The notes under the pieces were generated by a model, which did no database searches, was not told the DNA's origin, and worked only from the letters and a program-made list of their open reading frames with translations. A DNA stretch of 64,000 nucleotides from Syntrophales bacterium (lineage in GTDB: Bacteria > Desulfobacterota > Syntrophia > Syntrophales > UBA4778): positions 719-64,718 of the forward strand of contig JBHGBI010000009.1 in the NCBI GenBank assembly GCA_041946925.1, in the 5' to 3' direction. Shown here in pieces: positions 56,107 to 64,000 of the stretch. Position 1 is the first letter of the stretch; the number at the start of each line of letters is the position of its first letter. Made by a program: the position numbers and the translations under genes.

Positions 56107-56217
56107 CTCTTATTCTGCATTCCATACTATTTATTGAAAGAATCTTCAACATGAATAACAGGATGAAGGAAACACAGTCCTTCGCCTGCTTCTTCCCCCG
56201 TTGCCCGACAGGCTCAT

Positions 56218-57117
56218 CTATGAAGCTTTACGTCTCTTGCCCGTCACCCTCACTGTTTCCAGCGACAGTTGCGATACGATACAGATGACCGGCTGGCTCC
56301 TGTTCATGCTGTAAAGATGGAGGCCGCGTACCTCGTTCCGTATCAGGTCTTCGGCCTGCAGGACGGCATATTCTATGCCGTATTTTTCCATATCATCGGT
56401 CCGTTCTTTTAAGTCCGCCATCTTTTGCCGCAGCTTTTCCGGTATTTTGATTACGCCCAGAGACATAATCCGCGGGATCTGTTTCACATTCAGGACCGGA
56501 AAGACGCCAGGTATGATGGGAGCGCTTATGCCGATGCCCGCGGCCAGGTCTCTGAACCGGTAGAAATCCTGATTATCGAAAAAGAGCTGCGTAATAATGA
56601 AATCAGCGCCGGCATCCACCTTTCTCTTTAGATTTTCAATATCGTGTTTCAGGCTCAGGGCCTCCACATGCCCCTCAGGATATCCGGCGACACCGACACA
56701 GAAATCCCCTCTCGATTTTATGAATTCGACAAGCTCGCTGGCATAACCGAATCCCCCGGGGGTCTTCGTGAACTTATTCTCACCTTTCGGCGGATCGCCC
56801 CTCAATGCAAGAATGTTCTCTATTTTTTCTTTTTTGAAGTCTTCGAGAATCGCTGCAATATCATCTCTCGTTGATCCCACGCAGGTCAGATGGGCGAGGA
56901 CTTCCTCCCCGTAGTGATTCTTTACTTTCGATGCTATTTCCAGGGACATATCGCGCGTTGTCCCTCCCGCGCCGTATGTCACTGAAATGAAATCCGGCTC
57001 GAGTTGCCCCAGTTCCCGGATGGTCTTGTACAGGGCTTCCAGATTCCCGTCCCTGACGGGCGGAAACACCTCGAAAGAAAGCGTAAGTTTTTTTTGTCGT
57101 AAAAGATCGCAAATCAT
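56218..57117 (-). CDS. metF: Methylenetetrahydrofolate reductase [NAD(P)H]
   Basis: SFEVFPP, SVTYGAGG, AHLTC, ALRGDPP, AGYPEGH, ITQLFFDN, LHLYSMN. Confidence 0.97.
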   Translation of the reverse strand: MICDLLRQKKLTLSFEVFPPVRDGNLEALYKTIRELGQLEPDFISVTYGAGGTTRDMSLEIASKVKNHYGEEVLAHLTCVGSTRDDIAAILEDFKKEKIENILALRGDPPKGENKFTKTPGGFGYASELVEFIKSRGDFCVGVAGYPEGHVEALSLKHDIENLKRKVDAGADFIITQLFFDNQDFYRFRDLAAGIGISAPIIPGVFPVLNVKQIPRIMSLGVIKIPEKLRQKMADLKERTDDMEKYGIEYAVLQAEDLIRNEVRGLHLYSMNRSQPVICIVSQLSLETVRVTGKRRKAS

Positions 57118-57232
57118 AATTCCAGAACCCTTTCTATAGCAGTGATGAAAATCTCACGCAATCGCCTTGATTGTCAACTGATTTTATGACGCAGTTGTAT
57201 TATTCTCCCGAATCTGTTAATGAACATCTACT

Positions 57233-59041
57233 TTGCCGTCAGACCGGAGCAAGATGTCCAGACCTTATAAGATCGTCATCCCCGCGATCCTGCTATATCT
57301 TTTTTTCCCGTCCGCCGATGCATTCGGACTCACGGACATTCTGAATATCCGACATTGGGCCGCACCCGATCACACCAGGATCGTTATCGACACCAGCGAG
57401 GACGCGGATATCACTGTATCGAAGATCCCCGGGAAAGTATCCATTCTGTTCAAAAATACCCAGTTCCCTGAAACCGTTCCCTCAGAAAGGATATTGAACA
57501 AGCCTGGAATATCGAAGATCGTCATGTCACCTCACGGCGCTGAGGGCGTGAATATCGATCTCGTGCTTTCCGACAGCGCGGAGGCCTATATTTTCAAGTT
57601 GAAAGAATTCCAGGACAAGCCGTTCAGGGTGGTGATCGATCTCAAGCTGCCGGATATTGAGAAAAAGGAGAGCGAGGAGAGGCGGCGGTTCAAGATATCC
57701 GCAAAAGATAAAATCATCGTCATCGATGCCGGGCACGGCGGAGAAGACCCCGGAGCCATCGGCCTGAAAAGGACGATGGAAAAAGACGTCGTCCTGCGGA
57801 TCGCCAAGAGACTGGAATACATCCTGAACAAGAAAAAGGGATATCGGGCTTTCCTCACCAGAAGGGGCGATTATTACCCGTCTTTCAGAAAAAGGTTGCA
57901 GATAGCGAGGGAATACGGGGCGGACCTCTTCATAAGCATCCATGCCGATGCATCAAGGAACAGGAAGGTCAGGGGAAGCTCCGTATATTGCCTCTCTACG
58001 ACCGGAGCCAGCAGCGAAGCCGCAAGACTTCTGGCCAGGCAGGAAAACCTCGCCGACATTATCGGCGGCTCCGAGAACGAACAGAACAGTGATGAATCCG
58101 ACCCGATCATTCTCCACATGGTCCAGACCGAAACCATGAACATGTCGAAGACCTTCGGCTCCACGATAATAAAGCACATGAAGCAGATCAATCCGATCAA
58201 ATTCAAGAGGATACAGGAAGCCCCTTTCATGGTTCTCAAGCTCCCTCACGTCCCTTCGGTATTGATCGAAACGGCCTACATTTCGAATCCCAGAGAGGAG
58301 ATGCTCCTGCGCTCCCCGGTCTTTCAGAATAAAATCGCCTTGTCCATCTCCGCAGCTATCCAGGAATTCCTGCGCGATCCCGAGCCCGATAACGACCTGA
58401 TCCATATCGTCATGGAGGAGGAAAAAGAAGAGGCGCGCAGCGCCTCCCGGCAGGAGGCGCCCGCCAGAGCCCTGCCGCGCATGATCGTGTATACGGTGAA
58501 AAAGGGTGATACGCTCAAAAAAATCGCCTCCAGGTACAATACCAGAGAAGATATCCTTCTCAGCCTGAACAACATGAAAAAGGGGCAACGCCTGCAGGTC
58601 AATAGAAAACTGAAGATCTATGCGCCCCCCGAAGGTGAGATGCAATCGGCGGAGATATCCCCCCCTGCGCCCGCCGCCGCGGCGCCCCGGCCGGCATTCT
58701 ACATTGTCAAAAAAGGGGACACCCTGGAGAAGATCGCCCGTAAACACCGGGTTGCACTTGCCCGCCTGATCTGCGCCAACGGGATAAAATCGAAAGGGCC
58801 TCTCTACGTCGGACGGAAATTGACGATCCCCGGACCCGCGGAGAAATCGGGAGAATCCGCTCCGGGAGCCCCCGCACCCAGGGCGAAAAAGACCACGCTC
58901 TACACTGTAAAGAAAGGGGATACGCTCGATAAGATCGCCCGGAAACACAACACGACCATCGCCGCCCTGCTGAAGGCGAACAGGATGAAGATGAAAGATC
59001 CTCTTTATGTAAATCGGAAACTGGTGATACCTGAAAAATAG
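57233..59041 (+). CDS. N-acetylmuramoyl-L-alanine amidase (AMIN + Amidase_3 + 3 LysM)
   Basis: HTRIVID, IDAGHGGEDPG, SIHAD, VLIETAY, three Y.VKKGDTL..IA LysM repeats. Confidence 0.95.
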   Translation: MPSDRSKMSRPYKIVIPAILLYLFFPSADAFGLTDILNIRHWAAPDHTRIVIDTSEDADITVSKIPGKVSILFKNTQFPETVPSERILNKPGISKIVMSPHGAEGVNIDLVLSDSAEAYIFKLKEFQDKPFRVVIDLKLPDIEKKESEERRRFKISAKDKIIVIDAGHGGEDPGAIGLKRTMEKDVVLRIAKRLEYILNKKKGYRAFLTRRGDYYPSFRKRLQIAREYGADLFISIHADASRNRKVRGSSVYCLSTTGASSEAARLLARQENLADIIGGSENEQNSDESDPIILHMVQTETMNMSKTFGSTIIKHMKQINPIKFKRIQEAPFMVLKLPHVPSVLIETAYISNPREEMLLRSPVFQNKIALSISAAIQEFLRDPEPDNDLIHIVMEEEKEEARSASRQEAPARALPRMIVYTVKKGDTLKKIASRYNTREDILLSLNNMKKGQRLQVNRKLKIYAPPEGEMQSAEISPPAPAAAAPRPAFYIVKKGDTLEKIARKHRVALARLICANGIKSKGPLYVGRKLTIPGPAEKSGESAPGAPAPRAKKTTLYTVKKGDTLDKIARKHNTTIAALLKANRMKMKDPLYVNRKLVIPEK

Positions 59042-59157
59042 AACCTGGAGCAAGCCGTTCCGTACCTGGATGCCGGGCACTCCTCTCAGGTGTTGCATTT
59101 TGGATCGATTGCCTCTATTTTTTCAAAAAGACGTATGTCTGCGGAAAGGGTTCAGGA

Positions 59158-60198
59158 ATGGACGATAAAGCCTTCAGAGTTATTTTTTACGCCGCCCTGG
59201 TCTCCATCGCGGTTCTTTTTCTCTATGTTTTAAGCCCGTTCTTTTATCCCATTTTCTGGGCGGGGGTGATTGCAAGCATTTTCAGGCCCCTGTTCAACAA
59301 GCTCAACAAAAGAAAGGCGCGCCCCAACCTCAATTCTCTCATAACTCTGGCCGTGGTCGTACTGATCCTTATTCTGCCCCTGGCCGTCACCGGAAGTCTC
59401 CTGCTCAAGGAATCCATTCAGATATACAATAATTTTGCCAGGCAGAAAGCCGGGTACCAGGAGAATATCCAGGGCCTGATCGACAGGATCCAGCACAACC
59501 GCTGGATCCAGAAGCTGAATATCAATGAGCGATCATGGGCGGACAAACTGTCCCAGGCGGCAGAATCCATTGTGACGTACATCCTGGGATCGCTCAAAAA
59601 CTGGACCCAGAATTTCCTCGTTTTCCTGATTATGTTCGTCATCATGCTTTATACATTGTTCTACTTTATCAGAGACGGCGATAAGATTCTCGAAGTGCTC
59701 ATCTCCTCCTCTCCCCTGGGAAAGGACAAGACCAGGTTACTCCTCGACGAATTCGTCTCGACCGCCAAAGCCACACTGAGAGGGACCTTGATTCTTGGGG
59801 GCGTCCAGGGTTTGCTGGGAGGGATTCTCTTCTGGATTGTGGGGATCGAGGCTGCCCTGATCTGGGGCCTCATCATGGTCGTCGCTTCCATTCTGCCCAC
59901 CGGAAGCGGGATCGTCTGGGCGCCGGCCGGCATCCTCATGCTGCTTACGGGCCACGTCTGGGAAGGGGTGACGATCCTGGTCGTCGGCGCGCTGGTTATT
60001 GGAATCGTGGACAATCTCCTCCGTCCTCTGGTTGTCGGCAAAGAAATAGGAATGCATCCTGTATTGATTTTCCTCTCCACAATGGGCGGATTGGTGCTGT
60101 TCGGATTTTCAGGATTCGTCATCGGACCGGTGATTACCTCAATGCTCCTGGCCCTCTGGGATATATACACCGACTTGAACGGCCCAATTACTCCTTGA
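59158..60198 (+). CDS. AI-2E family transporter
   Basis: Polytopic, VDNLLRPLVVG, GLVLFGFSGFVIGP. Confidence 0.93.
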   Translation: MDDKAFRVIFYAALVSIAVLFLYVLSPFFYPIFWAGVIASIFRPLFNKLNKRKARPNLNSLITLAVVVLILILPLAVTGSLLLKESIQIYNNFARQKAGYQENIQGLIDRIQHNRWIQKLNINERSWADKLSQAAESIVTYILGSLKNWTQNFLVFLIMFVIMLYTLFYFIRDGDKILEVLISSSPLGKDKTRLLLDEFVSTAKATLRGTLILGGVQGLLGGILFWIVGIEAALIWGLIMVVASILPTGSGIVWAPAGILMLLTGHVWEGVTILVVGALVIGIVDNLLRPLVVGKEIGMHPVLIFLSTMGGLVLFGFSGFVIGPVITSMLLALWDIYTDLNGPITP

Positions 60199-60276
60199 CT
60201 ATTTCAGGGTTTTCTGGAATTTTTCATTCCCGAATGCTTAATCACTTTATGAAATTCCGGGAAACAAGGATGGACA

Positions 60277-61326
60277 ATGAGTTTTTTTCGCGACAGGGTC
60301 GATTTGATGACGGGCTACGAACCCGGGGAGCAGCCGATTCCGGGGGCAAAGGTCATCAAACTCAACACAAATGAGAACCCCTATCCTCCCTCTCCGCTGG
60401 CAGTCAACGCCCTCCGGAACATGGATATCGAGGCGCTGCGCCTTTACCCGGACCCGTTTTCCGGGGCCGTGCGCAAAGCTGTAAGCGGGATTTTGAATGT
60501 TGCTGAAGACCGGATCATCGTCGGCAACGGCAGCGATGATCTCCTTGCCATGATTATCCGGGCCTGCTGCGGACCGGGCAGACCCGCAGTCTATCCCATG
60601 CCCACGTATGTCCTTTACAGAACCCTTGCCCAGATCCAGGAGGCGGATGTAATAGAAATCCCCTTCGATGACGATTACCGGCTTCCCTTTGAGGAACTCG
60701 TTGAAGCGCAGGGAGCAGTGACTATCATCGCCTCACCCAACAGTCCTTCAGGCACGGTTACGCCCGCCCCGGTCCTCGATGAACTGGCGTCAAAGCTGTC
60801 CGGCGTTCTCGTCATCGATGAAGCCTATACCGATTTTGCAGAGGAAAACGCCCTCGAACTCGCCGCAAAGCACGAGAATGTGATCATCCTGAGGACGCTT
60901 TCCAAAGGATATTCGCTGGCGGGGATACGGGTGGGCTTCGGTGTCGCCTGCCCTGCGCTCATGGAGGGGCTCTTCAAAGTAAAAGACAGCTATAATGTAT
61001 CCGCAATGGGGTGCGCAATCGCGGCCGCGGCCATCAGCGATCAGGATTATAAGAAAGCCAATGCCGAAAAGGTGAAGCGTTCAAGGGAAAAGCTCGCCTC
61101 CGCACTTGTCGGACTCGGCTTTCGGATATGGCCATCGCAGGCTAATTTCCTGCTCGCCCGGCCGCCGGACGGAAACGCCGAATACATCTACAAGTATTTG
61201 AAATCCAAGGGCATTCTCGTCCGCTATTTCAAGCAACCCCGGCTTGAAGACAAGCTGCGCATAAGCATAGGAACTGATGAACAGAATTTCATTCTCGTCA
61301 GGACTATATCCGGATTGCTCGGGTAA
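60277..61326 (+). CDS. hisC: Histidinol-phosphate aminotransferase
   Basis: KLNTNENPY, GNGSDD, SPNSPSG, DEAY, RTLSKGYSLAGIRVG. Confidence 0.96.
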   Translation: MSFFRDRVDLMTGYEPGEQPIPGAKVIKLNTNENPYPPSPLAVNALRNMDIEALRLYPDPFSGAVRKAVSGILNVAEDRIIVGNGSDDLLAMIIRACCGPGRPAVYPMPTYVLYRTLAQIQEADVIEIPFDDDYRLPFEELVEAQGAVTIIASPNSPSGTVTPAPVLDELASKLSGVLVIDEAYTDFAEENALELAAKHENVIILRTLSKGYSLAGIRVGFGVACPALMEGLFKVKDSYNVSAMGCAIAAAAISDQDYKKANAEKVKRSREKLASALVGLGFRIWPSQANFLLARPPDGNAEYIYKYLKSKGILVRYFKQPRLEDKLRISIGTDEQNFILVRTISGLLG

Positions 61327-61420
61327 CCGCTTTGCGGATCAGGATATCAATAGAGAAGAACCGGTATGGTGATTTTATCGGCACATTATGACACGGTCTC
61401 CAGACGAAGGAGGGGATGAA

Positions 61421-61744
61421 ATGGAGCATGAAAGACCTTTAGAAGACTATACCGTCAAGGAACTCCGCACAATGGCGCTGGAAATGGGAGGAATTGTCGG
61501 CGTAAGCGCCATGAAGAAGGAGGAACTGCTCTCCGCCATCAAAAAGGCGCGGGGAATTCCCGAAAAAGAGATCAGGGAAAAACCGATACCAAGCATATTG
61601 GAATTAAAGAAAGAGATCAGGTCGCTCAAGCAGGCAAGAGAGGACCTGAGGCGCCAGGGCGAAGACAGGCAGAAGCTGTGGCGGCTGAGAAAAAGGATCG
61701 GCCGCCTGAAGAAAATGACCCGCCGCTTGGCGGCCAGGAAGTAG
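61421..61744 (+). CDS. Small basic protein with Rho N-terminal-like domain
   Basis: LEDYTVKELRTMA..GVSAMKKEELL..I; AGGAGG RBS before ATG 61421. Confidence 0.75.
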   Translation: MEHERPLEDYTVKELRTMALEMGGIVGVSAMKKEELLSAIKKARGIPEKEIREKPIPSILELKKEIRSLKQAREDLRRQGEDRQKLWRLRKRIGRLKKMTRRLAARK

Positions 61745-61759
61745 ATATGTAATCGCGTG

Positions 61760-63100
61760 TCAATCTATGGCTGTAACGGCGCTTATCCTCTCAAGAAGCG
61801 ATCCCGAGCGGCCCTGCCCGCCGAGAGAGGCATCGGAAACGACCACCTTTCCTATGTAAAACAGGTCCTCTCCGGCCCATGACGATTCGCGGTAAGCCCA
61901 CGTACTGTGGATTATATAGACTCGTCCCTCCACAACTCCGAGGAGGAGCATGATATGCCCCTTCATGTACAGCAGAGCCGGTCTACCCTGGTATTCCCCC
62001 AGGATAGCCGTCTTTCGACTGTCTTCCAGCCCGGCGAGGTCTCTTCTTTTCGCTTCGTTGAAATTTGACTGGCGGAAACTGTTCACGGGCATATTGAAAC
62101 CGAAGCAACGGAATACATCCCTCAGGAACCGCGAGCAATCCCTCCCCCCGAACATCCCTCCCCACCCGTAGGGGCGGTGAAGCAGTTTGAATGCCTGGCT
62201 CAGTACGGCTGCCTGCGTATAAGGCAGGTATCCGACATGGACATCGCTCGAAGCCGGGATGAATCCATCGGCGAAGCGGAGCCTGCCGTCAGCGTCCCGC
62301 CAGGGCATTATCACCTGGTAATATTCCGTATTTTGCGCGATAAAGGGAAGGCTGGCGCCCATCGGCAGGCTGAAGGCGTATTTGCGCAACGACCTGTCGG
62401 CATATACGCAGGATCGATCTCCCGTGACGACCAGGGGATTGGCATGAACGAACCGCAGGACATCCTCTTTTGTACCCTCCGCGACATCCGCCGCCTTGAC
62501 CCACCCCATGGCGAAGGAGGTCCTCAAGAGACACCAGTCTCCTGCGCGTGAATAGTGCAGAATCACGACCGGCGTTCCGCATTCCAGCCTGGCGTATTGA
62601 AACTGGTCGAATTCGGTATCGAATGGCTTTTTCAACGCTGTCTCATCGGTCGGCAATTCTCTCATGTCCGTCTCTCTTGTAATGAGACCCGCAGAAGGAA
62701 CCACGATGGAAGGCATCCGGTCGAGAGCCATACTTTCGAAAATCTCCTCATAGAATGTATGGCTCAGAGGAAAGCTTGAGTGATCGTAATAACGGGCTTT
62801 TTCACAGGATTTCCTGAGTGCGGAAAAAAAGGACTCCATCCGGCCGCGACTCACGGATTGGAGCCTCATAATATCGATGAGACCTGCATCCGCCTTCAGG
62901 GCCGCCTGGTTCATCTCCCTGATCTGATCCGCGGACAGGATGATGCTTCCGGATTGGGGGAAGCGGTCTATCCAGAATTGCGCTTTTTCAAATTCCGGCC
63001 TGACATGAGGTAAGGGAGTAATAGCCGGATATCTCCGGGCCGCGCAGGCCGCCAGGGAGAATACGATTAATATTATGAGGGCCTTCCGAATTTTTGCCAT
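61760..63100 (-). CDS. SH3-containing NlpC/P60 cell-wall peptidase lipoprotein
   Basis: Lipobox SLAAC, PYGWGG..RDCSRF (catalytic Cys), GHIMLLLG. Confidence 0.92.
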   Translation of the reverse strand: MAKIRKALIILIVFSLAACAARRYPAITPLPHVRPEFEKAQFWIDRFPQSGSIILSADQIREMNQAALKADAGLIDIMRLQSVSRGRMESFFSALRKSCEKARYYDHSSFPLSHTFYEEIFESMALDRMPSIVVPSAGLITRETDMRELPTDETALKKPFDTEFDQFQYARLECGTPVVILHYSRAGDWCLLRTSFAMGWVKAADVAEGTKEDVLRFVHANPLVVTGDRSCVYADRSLRKYAFSLPMGASLPFIAQNTEYYQVIMPWRDADGRLRFADGFIPASSDVHVGYLPYTQAAVLSQAFKLLHRPYGWGGMFGGRDCSRFLRDVFRCFGFNMPVNSFRQSNFNEAKRRDLAGLEDSRKTAILGEYQGRPALLYMKGHIMLLLGVVEGRVYIIHSTWAYRESSWAGEDLFYIGKVVVSDASLGGQGRSGSLLERISAVTAID

Positions 63101-63227
63101 CCCGGATATCCTGTCTTGACAGGTTCAACAAGCCTATACCAGTCTCTGCTTCCGATTGGAAGCAATTTATCGCGCTCCGATCCTGGACCCAGGAGTACAC
63201 GCCTGTTTCTTTTCGTGCCCATTTCTC

Positions 63228-63256
63228 TTGACAATTCGTACATACTGCATTATACC
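63228..63256 (+). promoter_or_regulatory. Sigma70-type promoter for the OFA transporter
   Basis: TTGACA-N17-TATACC. Confidence 0.7.
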
Positions 63257-63302
63257 CGGCTGACATTTATACAAAAAATGCTTCTGGTTTCATGGAGGTA
63301 AT

Positions 63303-64000
63303 ATGAGCAACGAGAATTTGGAAAGCAAAAGATGGTTCATCGCTATTGCCGCGATCATTATGCAACTATGCCTGGGTACAGTCTACGCGTGGTCCGTCTT
63401 CAAAAAGCCCCTGATGGGAGCCCATCACTGGGCGGAGACGGAGACGCAGATGGCTTTCATCATCTTTATGTTCGTCGTCGGCATCGCCGCCGCCTTCGGC
63501 GGAACACTGGTGGATAAGAAAGGCCCCCGCTTCGTGGCGACCACCGGCGGCATCCTCTTCGGACTGGGTACCCTCCTGTCGGGATTCGCCGATCAGATCG
63601 GCAGTCTGGCGGTCCTGTATTTGGGATACGGCCTGATCGGAGGACTCGGCAATGGATTCTGTTACGTAACACCCATCGCGACCCTGATCAGGTGGTTTCC
63701 CGACAAACGCGGACTGGTCACCGGGCTTGCAGTCATGGGATTCGGGTTCGGGGCCTTCTTCATGGGTCAAATCGCCCCGAAAATGATTATCGCATACAAA
63801 GGGGGGATGACTGCATCGGGTGTGGCGGCTACCTTCTACATCTGGGGTTTCATCTTTCTGGTGCTCGTTATGGGCGCCGCGCAGTTGTTCAAGAACCCTC
63901 CTACGGGGTGGCTCCCCGCCGGATTTACACCTCCCACAACCACCGTGTCGGCTGCTGAGTCGTTTACTTTCGGCGATGCGGCGAAAACGCCCCAGTGGTG
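63303..64000 (+). CDS. Oxalate/formate antiporter (OFA) family MFS transporter, 3' end outside window (absent from ORF track)
   Basis: Own translation from ATG 63303: MSNENLESKRWFIAIAAIIMQLCLGTVYAWSVF..., YVTPIATLIRWFPDKRGLVTGLAVMGFGFG. Confidence 0.92.
   Translation, partial: MSNENLESKRWFIAIAAIIMQLCLGTVYAWSVFKKPLMGAHHWAETETQMAFIIFMFVVGIAAAFGGTLVDKKGPRFVATTGGILFGLGTLLSGFADQIGSLAVLYLGYGLIGGLGNGFCYVTPIATLIRWFPDKRGLVTGLAVMGFGFGAFFMGQIAPKMIIAYKGGMTASGVAATFYIWGFIFLVLVMGAAQLFKNPPTGWLPAGFTPPTTTVSAAESFTFGDAAKTPQW

Noticed and set aside
57118-57232. SAM riboswitch upstream of metF
   Set aside because: The gap is short and has no SAM-I/II core motifs

Overview
Chromosomal segment of a deltaproteobacterium (Desulfobacterota; Syntrophales-like, inferred from the gene orders rpsF-rpsR-DUF2232-rplI-dnaB and DUF1844-ispE-tRNA-Gln-prs-rplY-pth). 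1-5.5 kb: mixed housekeeping (ABC transporter end, truncated CusB-like remnant, tatA, DUF1385, phosphodiester glycosidase, patatin, Pho-box-preceded PiT transporter). 5.6-30.7 kb (minus strand): a complete, intact F-type mating-pair-formation/T4SS gene set (two small ORFs-dsbC-traA-L-E-K-B-V-C-traN1-traN2-traW-U-trbC-trbI-trhF-traF-H-G). No relaxase, coupling protein, integrase, entry-exclusion gene or att repeats were found in the window. TraN is split into two exported proteins; the second is a 1924-aa giant with about 48 two-Cys modules arranged as two near-equal arms around a central aromatic-rich domain. 30.9-64 kb: core genes (hydrolases, pth, rplY, prs, ispE, htpX, clpB, diadenylate cyclase, rpoH, dnaB, ribosomal proteins, two diguanylate cyclases, HDOD, metF, amidase, hisC, NlpC/P60, OFA transporter) and two tRNAs. 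This part also holds two apparent pseudo-enzymes: a membrane-pyrophosphatase homolog lacking its catalytic loops, and a PAS histidine kinase whose phospho-acceptor His is Arg. All calls come from motif recognition by eye; no database searches were run. Several start codons were moved from the ORF track on RBS evidence.
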